A stretch of 64,000 nucleotides of DNA from Octopus sinensis. Lineage: Eukaryota. Shown here one piece after another: positions 52,180 through 64,000 of this stretch. The first letter of the stretch is position 1; each line of letters begins with the position of its first letter. Location: positions 52,886,001 through 52,950,000 of the forward strand of contig NC_043014.1 of the NCBI RefSeq assembly GCF_006345805.1, given 5' to 3'. The notes beneath the pieces were generated by a model. The model ran no database searches. It was not told where the DNA came from and was given only the letters and a program-made list of their open reading frames with translations. The translations under genes were made by a program, and so were the position numbers.

Positions 52180-52213
<34 letters not shown>

Positions 52214-53911
52214 ATATTGCAAGGAATCACCCAAATTCTAACACAGCAGACTGACCAATCCAGTTAACCCCTCTATATGTAACAGAGCTGATTGTGCAGG
52301 GATGCTGTTGTTTAGTCCCTGATTGAGCTGAACGAATGAAGATGTTCCCTCAGTGAACACCCTGTCCTGAATACTGAAGGCTGCAGATCTCAGGCTCCAT
52401 CATTCAACCCACCCCCCTTTAAAAGGTAAGAAAGAGTAATTTCTAAAGTGTTGGTCTTTTCTTTCTCTAAGCAGGGTTCGGGCATGAGATACATGGTTGT
52501 AGGTTGGTACTTTGGGTCTGGGTCTACCCCAAAGCTGTGTGTCAACCAAACCCTGCTGAGTGAAACTGGGTAGAATTAAAAGAAGTGGGAAGCTGTCAGG
52601 TGGGCTTGTGCCCCTAAAATACCCGAAATTCAAAGGCCTAACTTTGTCACACAAACTGTATGACATCAGACTTACATGTGTCTGAGGAGCACTCAGCCCA
52701 CTTACTTGTAAATACAAAGAGGAGGGAATTCGGGGGATCAAACAACTGAAAAATCCATCATCAAAAACTGACAGAAAATCATTTCCTTCTTCTTCACTTT
52801 ATATTTGCATATATGTATGTGTGTGTGTGTATGCAGTAGGTGTCTGTGTGAGTGATGGATTGATTAAGAGAAGGGAAGGAGAGAGAGGGAGGGAAAGAGA
52901 GTGAGTAAAGCATATGTCACAACTTTGAAAAAAATTATTACCCCCTGCCCCCCACCCCAACCCACAAAAAAACTTGATGACGATTGTGAAAGTTTGAAAA
53001 TTTCCATGAAGTGAGAGGTCAATCTTTCAGGTCATTGTTGCAAAGTACCAGTAATTGCACTGGTACTGATAGACCAGATGATGTGGGATTGATAAAATTT
53101 ATTCACCCTTTCAATGCAACCAACTTACCCACTCCCCCTAGAATTGCTGGCCTTGTGTCAAATATTGAAATCATTATTATTATTGTTATTATTATTATTA
53201 AGGTGGCAGAACGGTTAGCACACAGCACAAAATGCTTCGTAGTATTTCATTTGTCCGTATGTTCTGAGTTCAAATTCAATTTTGTACTTCATCCTTTTGG
53301 GATCTCTAAAGTGAGAACCTGTTATGCAGGGAAGTCAATGTATTTCACTTAGGCCTTCCCTGCCAAAATCCGGCCCCTGCTGTCTATAATAGAAAGGATT
53401 ATTATTTTGGGTGGCAAGCTGGCAGAACTGTAAGAATTGAACAAAATTCTCAGCAGAATTTCTTCAGGCTCTTTACATTCTGAGTTCAAATCCTGCTAAA
53501 GTCAATGAAGGAATCTACAACCCCTCCCCTCAAAATTATTGGCCTTCTACCTAAATTTGAAGCCATTATTGTTATTTCTACTAATTCTCCTTGTCTTGTT
53601 CCAGTCAGGGGACAGTTGCAATCCTGCAGAAACAACTTGGAATCAATCAAAAAAGCAACCCCAGCATTTAACAATCTCTTTTGATGAAGGAATCATGACT
53701 GGTTGTCAAGAACTTGAGAGAAGAGCACACACATATGAAAGGCTTTCACACAATTTGCGTCTCCCAGATTCACTCATAGGGTTAGCCCAGAGTTATAACA
53801 ACAGATACTTGCTAAAACTGCTGTGCAGTGAGACTGAATTCTAGAACATGTGCTCATGAAGCATGAATCAAACTTCGTAACCACATTATTATTATTATTA
53901 TTATTATTATT

Positions 53912-54338
53912 GAGTGAGCAGGCATATGCATCACAACCACATGTGTGTGATATGGTGATCTTATATCATTATAAACAGCGCATGCCCTTGCAGCTAGAAT
54001 TTTCTTCAGGTTGAGTGGCCTACCCCTCTCAAAAGGTCCCTGAATAAGGTTTGTTTAAGGATGATGAAAGAAACACCTATGTTTCCAGGGGTGAATTATT
54101 CAAACCAACAAAAAATTTCTCTTAACTATGATGCTCCCCAACTACTGCTTGTGCTCAGAGATGCACAAATCGTCAGCCACCAAGGGACATGCTCAACTGG
54201 TTAAGCTCAAACAAATGACAATCAAATCCATGGTATTGAGCAGAATATTTGCTGTAGCCCATCTTTTATACCAAGACAAAACAATGAACATGATAACACT
54301 TCCAATCAGTTCAGATCAGAAGCCATGAGAGCCACTGC
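53912..54338 (-). mobile_element. Non-coding retroposon-like element embedded in an (ATT)n/(TAA)n microsatellite
   Basis: Complex segment of about 430 bp flanked by (att)n at 53885-53911 and 54340-54370. Orientation is inferred from a putative (TAA)n tail. Confidence 0.55.
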
Positions 54339-54339
54339 A

Positions 54340-54372
<33 letters not shown>

Positions 54373-55261
54373 CTTAATGATTCAGACATTGGTGTGTGAC
54401 CATACTGAAGCATTTCACTCAAGAGTATGAAGTTGATTATTTTTTTTAGAAGATAGATTCATGGAAAATTGGATGCCATTGGGATTTGAAATGAGAAAAT
54501 ATAGGATGTAAACACCAAATAGCACAAAGGACTTTTGGTGATGCTCAACTGATTCTGTGAAGTAGCAACTACAATTATTGGACGGACAAAATCCAATGTC
54601 TTGTGCTATTTCTTTGCATTCTTTATATTCTGACTTCAAAATCCTGACAAAGTCAACTGTGTTTTTCATCCTCCCAGAGTTGATAAAAAGTACAGTACCA
54701 GTTAACTACTGGGGTTGATGGATTTGACTAGCTCCTCTTAATACACACACATACACCTTAAATCTGCTAGCTTTATATCCAGATTAAAAGCAAATATCAT
54801 CACTACCACTGAGAAAAAAGAATATTTGTAGAAGGTAACAACTGGCAGAAGATGGGATTTTTTTCTCATCTCCCTCCAGCCCCAACCAGCTGCCCCCTCC
54901 TTTATCTTTGGAGTTTAAAATCCCAAGGACAAACAATTTTGGTTTGATTGGGGGTATTTTTTTTTGTCCTTTTTTTAAAATTTCATGATTCATAAAAACA
55001 TATTGATCCCAAAAGAATGACTGAAAAAGTCAACCCAGGCCGGATTTGAACTGAGAATGTCCAACAACGGAGACAAAGACATTATCATCCACAAAATAAA
55101 GAGAAATAAAAAAAACATTTCTAAGAACCTGTTTGCCAGTAAATAAAGAAAACTCTGCTTTTAATGGAATTGGTAATTAAAAGACCGAAAGAATTTTGTT
55201 AAATCATACTGGATATAGATTTCTTTTATTTCTTTTTATTTCATGGAGCACGACCATGAAT

Positions 55262-55640
55262 ATCCTTTTCTACTCTAGGCACAAGGCCTGAAATTTTGGG
55301 GTCAGGAAGGCCAGTCGATTAGATCAACCCCAGTATGCAACTGGTGCTTAATTTATTGACCTCGAACAGATGAAAGACAAAGTCGACGTCAGCGGAATTG
55401 GAACTCAGAACATAGTGGCAGACGAAATGCCTATTTCTTTACTACCCACAAGGGGCTAAACACAGAGAGGACAAACAAGGACAGACAAACGAATTAAGTC
55501 GATTATATCGACCCCAGTGCATAACTGGTACTTAATTTATTGACCCCGAAAGGATGAAAAGCGGAATTTGAACTCAGAACGTAACGGCAGACGAAATACT
55601 GCTAAGCATTTCGGCCGGCATCCTAATGGTACTGCCAAGT
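55262..55640 (-). mobile_element. tRNA-derived SINE family B, dimeric copy
   Basis: Two modules of ttctgagtt(c)(a/c)aattccgc...tttcatcYtttcgRggtcaataaattaagYaccagtt. Other copies at about 2030-2135, 2470-2600, 11900-12075, 23300-23750 (tandem), 25570-25690, 33255-33370, 46160-46330, 48860-48940, 53040-53570 (tandem) and 54560-54730. Confidence 0.85.
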
Positions 55641-55959
55641 TGCCGCCTTAGCATGACCATGAGTATCAGTGACCTGGGTGAGTAAAGCCTTCTATGAGAC
55701 TTGGGAGGGGAGGTTAGGGTGATGACCATAGTGTAATAGGGGTGTTGGGAGGAGGAGACAGAATACAGATAGTCATGGGAGGGAGAGAGTAGAAGGTATG
55801 TAGGAGGAAGCAAAGGGAGGAATAGGAAGAGAGTGTAACAGGAGAGGAACGGTGAGAGAAGAGAGTGAGTAGCAGAGGGTGGGGGGGTTAAAGAAGTAAG
55901 AGATAGGAAGAGAAAGTGGGCGGCTAAAAAAAGGTAAGAGGAGAGAGTGGTGGGAGGAG

Positions 55960-56072
55960 AAAGAAAAGGAGGAAGGAGAAAGAGGAGGAGGGAAGAGAAA
56001 GAGAAGGAAGGAGGAGAAAGAGGAGGAGGGAAGAGAAAGAGGAGGAAGGAGGAGAAAGAGGAGGAGGAAGGC
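55960..56072. repeat. Purine-only degenerate tandem repeat (gaggaggagggaagagaaagag..)
   Basis: Read directly from the sequence. Confidence 0.85.
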
Positions 56073-56949
56073 TAAGAAAGAACTGATAAATGTTGGTTTT
56101 GGTAGAAAAAGTTGTAAATATTTGGTAAATTGGTTTTTTCTGTTTTTCTTTTTCCTTTATTTTTGATTGGAAATTTTGGTTTAGCAATGGAATTGATTTG
56201 ATGATCAATGCTTGTTGCTTCCATCAATAGCAACACCACCACCACCACAATCAGTGACTGTCTGATTGTGCTACCAGGTCATGAAGCCTCTATGTGGTCA
56301 CTTGGCTGACTAGAAATAGAGGACAAGTCTCTCAAACAAACAGCACATTACAGGATGAAGAAGTCCTGAGTAAATCATGCTTGGAGTCATGTTTGATCTA
56401 GACCTAGAGTTAAACACCAGTGCTACTACCATCAAAGTATGGAAAGTTGATCAAATTCAACCACAAGGGCAGATGAGCCTTTATGTGGTCTCTTGACCTG
56501 CTAGACAGAGAAGTCAAAAATATTCATGAATTCGCACCCTCTGAAGAATACATTGGAAAATGCATAACCTTAGATCATGATTGAAAATATATAAAAGATG
56601 GTCACAACTGGATTGACTTTGATCATAGGTTTGATGAAGAATTACCTAGGGCTAATCATCAACACCACTACCTTCCATGAACCAACAAGAGAGTGTCAAT
56701 GTGATAGCTTGACCTGCTAAAAATACCATCCAATTATTCTCCCTCTCTTCGTATTTAATTGCCCCCCCCCTTTCACCTTTGTTACTATTCAATCGTCTTT
56801 CTCATATAATTCCCATCCATAGTAGCACTCGTTATTGCTATCACCCTCTTTCTCTCACCCCTTCTATTCCTTTTCATCATAATCTGTACTCCTCACACAC
56901 CACCCATGCACTTTTCCATTCAACCTTTTTACCAAAAGCCATCATGTAA

Positions 56950-56991
<42 letters not shown>

Positions 56992-58244
56992 TTCTGTCTG
57001 TCTCACCTCTCATGCCTCATACGAATCACTCTAGTTTTCTTCATTATTCACCCCCCCCACCCTTAATCTGTTCAGGATGAGACAACTTTCTTGTATTGAG
57101 GAATAAATGAATGCAGATAACAGAGAAATACAGAAAACTTGGTCTTGCTGGGGCCAAGACAACCTCTCTAGTGTAGTTGTCATAAAATTCACCCAGCACA
57201 CTCAGTAAAGAGTTTGGCAATAAGTGTCCAGCTATAGAAACCAAGCCAAAACTGAGACTTAGGAGTGAGATGTGGTGTCCCACCCCCAACAATCCATTTG
57301 CAAGGATAGTAACATTGAATATGAATTCATTTGCTAATTAATCCAATAAATGTCAGTATAGAAAAGAAGACAAAGTGCTTGAGGATTGATGTTAATTTTT
57401 GCAGTCGAGATGAAGTTGTTTATTTCTCTTTATGTCCTGTGACTTAGCAGTTTGACAAATAAAGAGGGATAAAATAAGTGGTTGATACGACTGAATAAAC
57501 CAGTGGTTTCCATGTTGGGTTGGCAAACCAATGTCTTCACAACTCTGTGGTTCTGCGTTGAATACCATTAAAGGACATTGGCTAAGTGTCTTCTACTACT
57601 CTATAGTCTCACCTTTACAGAAGCCTTGTCAGTGGAATTTGCTAGAGCGAGGCTGTGCCAAACCCTGTCATTCACTCACACACACGAATAGATGAGAAAG
57701 TGATTTGTTGTCTTTGGTGAGAAACTCACAAGTGAGAAGAGCTCAGAGACAGGGTTAGGGTTGTTGTGAAGAACCCAGTTCTTTGTGTCCCACAAATCTG
57801 GTTGTTTCCATCAAACGTCTTCCCTCAAATACTTCAAAATGTTGCAGTAGAAGTCTTCAATTGATGGCCGGGCCCTGGAGGAACAAATTCTCAATGCATT
57901 TCTTGGGGTTATACTCATGACAGGTCATCCACATCAGTCATCATGTTCCAGGGACTTTCTTTTCATTCTGAAGCACCTGTGCCACTTGGAGCATTGCATA
58001 TGACCCATTGCCTCATAGCCATAGCATGCTCAATGTCTCTGTAGCAGACTTCCCAAGTTTAACACAAAATTTCACATTGGCTCTTTGTTCCAACTTACTG
58101 TCCATCACAAAATTCACAGACTACAGCTGACACAGGATCACAAAAACACAAATTTCACAACTTGTAAAGTAGATACAGCAAATAAATAGAACAGGAGCTT
58201 TTTATGAGTGCACTCAAAAACATTTCACATAAACTTAAAGGGTG

Positions 58245-59000
58245 TATATATATATATATGACCTTCGAATGTTGGGCCTCACAGAGGCAATGATGAAAGA
58301 CCGAGACCTCTGGAGAAATGTTGTGACTGGGAAGACCTGGAAAGTAAAGTGAGATCACAGCTGTAGCCTACACCAGTGTTGCATAACCAGCCCACTTAAC
58401 AAAAGTACCTTTGGATCGTAGGGCAACATGCCTTGCTTGAGGAGACCTATTGAGTCAAGTAAATCACAACCAAATGTAAATTGTAGTTGTGGTTGATGCC
58501 AGTGCTGCCTGATTGGCTCACATACTGGTGACATGCAATAAGCACCTTTCATGCATTGGTCATTGCTAGTGCTGCCCGACTGGCTCCCCGTGCCGGTGGC
58601 ACGTATAAAGCACCATCCAAACATAGTCATTGCCAGCCCCCTCACCCCTAACTGGCTTCTGTGCCTGTGGCACGTTAAAAGTACCCACTACACTCTTGAA
58701 GTGGTTGGCATTAGGAAGGGCATCCAGCTGTAGAAACATTGCCAGATCAGACTGGAGCATGGTGCAGCCACTGGCTCTCCAGACCTCAGTCAAACCATCC
58801 AACCCATGCCAGCATGGAAAACGGACGCTAAACAATGATGATGACAATATCTTTATATGTACATCATAATCATTATCATCATCATCATCACTTAGTGTCC
58901 ATTCTCCATGCAGGCATGGGTTGGATGATTTGACTGAAGCTGATGAGCCAGAGTGCTGCACCAGCCAACTTCCTAACACCAACCACACAAGGAGTGTAAT
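58245..59000. mobile_element. Two RTE 3' fragments arranged tail-to-tail (plus 58245-58845, minus 58877-59000)
   Basis: Both carry cagtcaaaYcatccaacccatgcc(a/t)gcatgg and gat tails, in opposite orientation. Confidence 0.85.
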
Positions 59001-59149
59001 GGGTGCTTTTATGTGCCACCAGTATGGGTACCATTTACATGACACCGACAATGACCATGACAACAATTCACAGGTGCCATGTGCATGGCACTACCAATGA
59101 CCATCACTCACAGGTGTCATGTAAAGCCCTTTTGATTGCAGACCTTGCT

Positions 59150-59560
59150 TCCACACCTGAAACTTCTCTAGTTGTGGTAGTGATTCGGCTATAAGAACAT
59201 AGAGGAGCCCCCAAGGGCAGCCGATCTGAAATTGCCCTCTTATAGCCCAGCAGACTATGATGACCAAGATGTGGCTGAAAACTGATCTTTGGTGAACTCC
59301 TACCTGTACACTGAATTCACTGCTATACTCACAGCTGGCTTAGGCTAAGGACCTCTCCTGCAGCTGCCCTACCAGAAATATAGCACCACTGGTGCCAGCA
59401 CAAAATCAAACTGCATCTCATCTAGACTAACTTTCTAATTAGTTGAGCTATGACTCTCTCCCTAACTTTCATCATCTGCTCCAGCAATCTGATGCCTCTA
59501 TGATTATTTCTGTTTAAGGTATCACCTTTACTTTGTTAGTTTTTGATTATGGTGCTGCTA
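59150..59560 (-). mobile_element. Decayed RTE reverse transcriptase fragment
   Basis: The minus strand gives broken LLEQMMKVRERVIAQLIR..LDEMQFDFV..AIFLVGQLQE. Confidence 0.6.
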
Positions 59561-60398
59561 CACCAGTCATTGTGTAGGACCCCCTTGTGGACAACCTGAT
59601 TAGCCATATGGGTGACTACGTCATATTCCACACTGCCAGATATCTTAAGGATCTCAGTAGCTTTCCCTATCTTCATATCTTTAACAAGCCACCGTCTATT
59701 CAGATAGCTGGTCCCTCGGTTGGGACCACATGAAGCAGACTCTCTCTCCTATGTTTTCTACATTTAGTATATACACACACACACACATGCATGCATTTGG
59801 TGGCATAAAAAAACCCAGGCGTATTAGGCACACCCCAGTTTCAGCAGAGTGTATTCAAGAAAAAGTAGTTTTTAGTACATTAAAATACATGGGACGCTCG
59901 ACTCTACACATAAGACCCATCGTAATTATTTGGAAAAAAAAAGTGCTTCTTATATACTATCAAATAAAATATACACACACATGTACATATATATATTATC
60001 CAGTGTGTATAGGCTCCACAAATATGTATAGCATTTAAGACAAATATGCAGACTCCAAAGAGGGAGGGAAGAAAGGAGGAAGAAAGGGAAGAAAGGAAAA
60101 ATGCAGGCAAATAGATGAGGGGTAATGTACAAAGGATGCTTTTACTGTATGTATATACAAAAATGTGTATACATTTGGTGTATGTGTATATGTATCTAAG
60201 TTTGGTAAATGTGTGCGTACATTTTAAAATGTGTGTGTATGTGTGTGTGTGAGTGTGCATAAATGTATGCAAGTAATGTATGTGTATAAATGTGTGTACA
60301 TGGTGTTGTATGTGTGTACAATTAATGTGCAGAGTGCATGTATGTATGTATATTCAGTGTATATACATAGACTGTATGTATGTGGGTGTGTATATATA

Positions 60399-60442
<44 letters not shown>

Positions 60443-62075
60443 GTATAAGAGAGAGAGAGAGAGAGAGAGAGTATGTTATGTATATAGAGTATATGTATAT
60501 ACATAGCACATGAACAGTGTATGTATATCCATAGATTGTATATACAATGTGTTTATGTATACATGTACAATAAAGTGGCAGGTGTGTGTGTGTGTGTGTC
60601 AAGTATAAGCAAAATATGCACCGATACATTAAATGTATGTAACAGTGCTTAATAACAGTATCATACCCACAGATAATAAGAGAGAGAGAGAGAGAGAGAA
60701 GGAGAGAGAGAGAGAGAGAGAAGGAGAGGAGAGAGAGAGAGAGAGAGAGGAGAGATGATAGGAAAAGTTAAAAACGTAATTCAAACTGAGAAATTTTTTA
60801 TTTGATACATTCTTAACATTGCTGGCAAAACTGAGGCTAGTTATGATCAAGCAAACCCATGATCAATGGCACTCCAGCCATAACCATCCCTTTATATAAG
60901 TGCATCTAAGTCAACATCATCGAATGTTGTTATTTGAGAGACATTTGACAGCCGTGACTTTAAGAAGAGAAACTATGAAGAGGGGGGGAGCTCCCTCATT
61001 GCCCCAACAAAACACACACCCTACAGGCACGGCCCCAGTCCCAACCGTACGGCCCCACTTTGCAGGATTGCTGTGTCTATAACAACGTATAATACACAAT
61101 GCATGTCTGCTACTCTCCAAGATGTATAATATGCTATGTATGTATAATACCCAATCTATGTATAATACTCTCCAGGATGTATAATAGACTATAAATGGAT
61201 AAACACTCTCCAATGAGTTGAAATCAAAACGCAAAAATATATTTTATTCTAAAAAGCAGAAGAATTTAGGAAAACAACAAAAAAACACAGCAAAAATACT
61301 CTCCGTTTCCTCTGCCAAAACCACTTGCATAGAGGTGTCAGGGTGAGCTGAGATGGTATATAACTGGTACTTTTCCAATCTTTAATATCACTAAACTATT
61401 GGAAGCATGGGGGGGGGCTATTATGTGGGCAGTAGACCTTTGGGAAACAGTAGTCGAATCTTGCTCAAATTAGAGTGTACCCTTTAAAAAAAGGAAGGAT
61501 CCATAGAGTAATGTCAGTGTCACTTGTACAATACTTGTACAAAAAGATGGGATGGTCATGGTTGAATTGCCTTTCATTACAAGTCTTTCCAATCAGAGTC
61601 GACCTGGGGCTAAACAACAACAACAACCCAGGAAACTACAAAGCAGTCAGTCAAACTGCTAGAAACGGCAGTCAAATTTCCAACTTATCCTTGCATCTTC
61701 AAACTGGAAGGACAATTTGCATAAAGCAGTCCTGGGTGTTGAACAAGACAGGGTGGGCCTCAATGGAATGCCTTTGGTCATAGCTGATCTGTAGCTAAAC
61801 AAATCAAGGACACAAACAAATGAGGGATTGCCTATGTAATTACTCCACCAGCTAGAAATAGCAGCCAGATTTCTTTCCAGTGACACTTTATCATCTTAAA
61901 ATCAAAAGAATTGTATTTGAATAAACGACAGGTTAATAATGGGTGGAATGCTTAGGATCGTAAATCTTTTGGATTAGGGACCGATTGGATTGGAGCTGAT
62001 TTCGTATCACCTCAAAATCATTTTCACTAAAAAATTCTTTGGCTAACTCAAAGACAAAATCATCATTCCTCTTAC

Positions 62076-62133
62076 CTGAATCCAAATCTTCATATTTCTC
62101 CACCAAAGTATGGTACATATCAATAAGCGTCAT
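62076..62133 (-). CDS. Candidate distal first coding exon: MTLIDMYHTLVEKYEDLDS(G/A)
   Basis: ATG at 62133 with an in-frame stop just upstream. Consensus donor CAG|gtaaga at 62076/62075 is phase 1 and in frame with both the 41960 and 31718 acceptors. It could instead belong to another gene, or be the start of the unspliced 66-aa ORF 61933..62133. Confidence 0.45.
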
Positions 62134-63948
62134 TTTGCAAACTTTTCTTTTTTAGGTTTTTCTGTTTCTGTCTTTTTTTTTTTACCCCCCCAACGAGACG
62201 TGAGGAATAAAAATACAGGGATGTTATGAAAGAAGGGTAAAGATGTGGTGGCTGCCAAGTGAAGATGTGCAGGGTTTATGATGCCTAACCATCCAGAGCC
62301 AGCAATGAGTCTCATTAAATCCAGAATCTCAGGTGGATTTAGGGGGCATGGTGGTGGGGTGGACAGAGAAAGAAACCCCTTTGATCTCTCTCTCTCTCTC
62401 GTTCCCCTTAAATGTATATTTGGATGTAGGACCTCAGTGAAGTGTCACTGAAGACACTGAATGCTTAACACAAAAAGTCCTGTGATGTAGCTGGTTGCAG
62501 GGAGGGCAATCACAGTCAAGCATGAGTAAAGACTAATGACTGATCTTGCACTTTTCGCCATTCAAATTGACCGTTTATCCCTTGAGGTGAAGGAGAAGGG
62601 TTTAGAGACAAGATATTTTTTGCTGTCATTTACACAGAATATACATCCATGAAATCTGAACAAGATAAAGGAATAAATAAAGGTATAATTTACAGCCAGA
62701 GCCCCAAATTTGGCCCCAGATTTGGTCCCAAAATTCAGATCTACTAGTTCCAAACCAATACTAAAATTAAAAAAAAAAAAAAATAGTGTCAAGGCAAAAA
62801 GCAAATATGTTTGTGCCGGGATTATGTGTTGTGGGGTTATCACCATCTGAAAGAAGGCCTTAAAGAATTTGAAATGGTTTCGTCAACAATTCTTTGAGTT
62901 GATCAGTTGGGGGGGGGGGATGGGTGGAAGAGGCTATTATTAGCCAGAAATGTTAAGCAAATATTTTATGACAGCAAAAAGAAAAAAAACATTAAAGAAA
63001 AAAAGGAAGAGAAAGAAGAAAATATAGAAGAACGAAGAGAAGAAAGATGAAGAAAAAGAAGGAAGCAATGCAAAGGGGGGGGGTGATTAGGTTTGAGAAA
63101 ATTACAAAAATTAACCAATTTCAACAAATTCTAAACAAACAGTTTTGTCCAATGGGATAAGAAAAAGTTGCGAAAAACTACTTCGAAGAAAAAGGAGAGG
63201 GAAAAGAAGAAGAAGAAGAAGAAGAAGAAGGCAGCAGCTAATGGGAAGAAAGAAAGAGAAGAAAGAAGTTGCAGTGAAAGACTTGAGTGAAGTTGTGAAA
63301 AGAAAGAGAGAAATGAGGGCCCAGTGTGACACGGGGAATATATGAGGGTGTGGGTGAGGTATATTATGGGGGGTAGGGGAAATGATAGGTGACTGAGAGA
63401 GGAAAATATATATATACACATATATACACACAGGGAGAGAAAAGGGGGAGAGAGAGAGAGAAAGAAAGAGAGAGAGAGAGGGATTACTGTTTGGGTTGAG
63501 TATATTTCACTGTGCAATGAAGAGAATTTTGTAGTGATGTAACGCTAGGGGTCTCCTGTGTGTGCATCGGTTAAATAAGACTGCTTCCTCCTGCTTGCTT
63601 GCTTGACTGCCAACTCCAAGACATTTCTAGTAGTAGTAGTAGTGGTGGTGGTGGTGGGTGGGAGAGCTTTGACTGACTGGGTGTGGTTCGGAGCAGAAGG
63701 ACAAGAAGCTGCTCAGCATTCAGCATCCACAAGCACCAGTAACTGTGTGTGTGTGTGTGCGTTTTAAGAGACAGGCAGATGATGGGGAAAAAGAGAGAGA
63801 ACTGCTTCTGCCACTGACTGATCTTTGAATAAAGAATCCAGTCGTTGCCACCCACTGATAGATAGAGAGTTCTACATTAAAAGAAATTGAAACCTGTTTG
63901 TAAAAGTACACAGCCAGACATGTAGGCATGAATGCGTGCAGGCACATG

Positions 63949-63988
<40 letters not shown>

Positions 63989-64000
63989 GGAACGTGTTCA

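Noticed and set aside
59795-59975. Possible Tigger-like MITE relic
   Set aside because: The termini are too decayed to show a convincing TIR pair.
63145-63345. Arg/Lys-rich ORF
   Set aside because: It is a translation of a (GAA)n purine tract.

Overview
This is eukaryotic, AT-rich, microsatellite-dense genomic DNA. Its SINE/LINE families look like those I recall from octopus genomes, so a coleoid cephalopod origin is an inference, not a database result. One protein-coding gene can be reconstructed by hand: a minus-strand CLC Cl-/H+ exchanger of the ClC-3/4/5 subfamily. Eleven exons between 31718 and the left edge have GT-AG boundaries and matching phases. They carry the GSGIPE, GKEGP, SLEEVS and GLFIP motifs, and the gene runs off the window at position 1, so the C-terminus and CBS domains are missing. 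Two candidate 5' coding exons missed by the ORF track (41853-41960 and 62076-62133) both splice in frame and suggest alternative N-termini across a locus of more than 62 kb. The rest is intronic or intergenic and filled with decayed mobile elements. These include RTE, CR1, R4/Dong-like and Penelope-like retroelements, a TIR-bounded mariner, a pogo-type element nested exactly in a CR1, a Helitron helicase fragment, piggyBac-like MITEs and several tRNA-derived SINE families. I found no prokaryotic-type system such as CRISPR or an operon. The most interesting leads are the alternative N-terminal exons with an overlapping uORF, a roughly 110-nt intronic hairpin, a PHD-like finger inside the RTE ORF, and repeat-borne or clustered E-box motifs. 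Coordinates were counted by hand; repeat boundaries are approximate.
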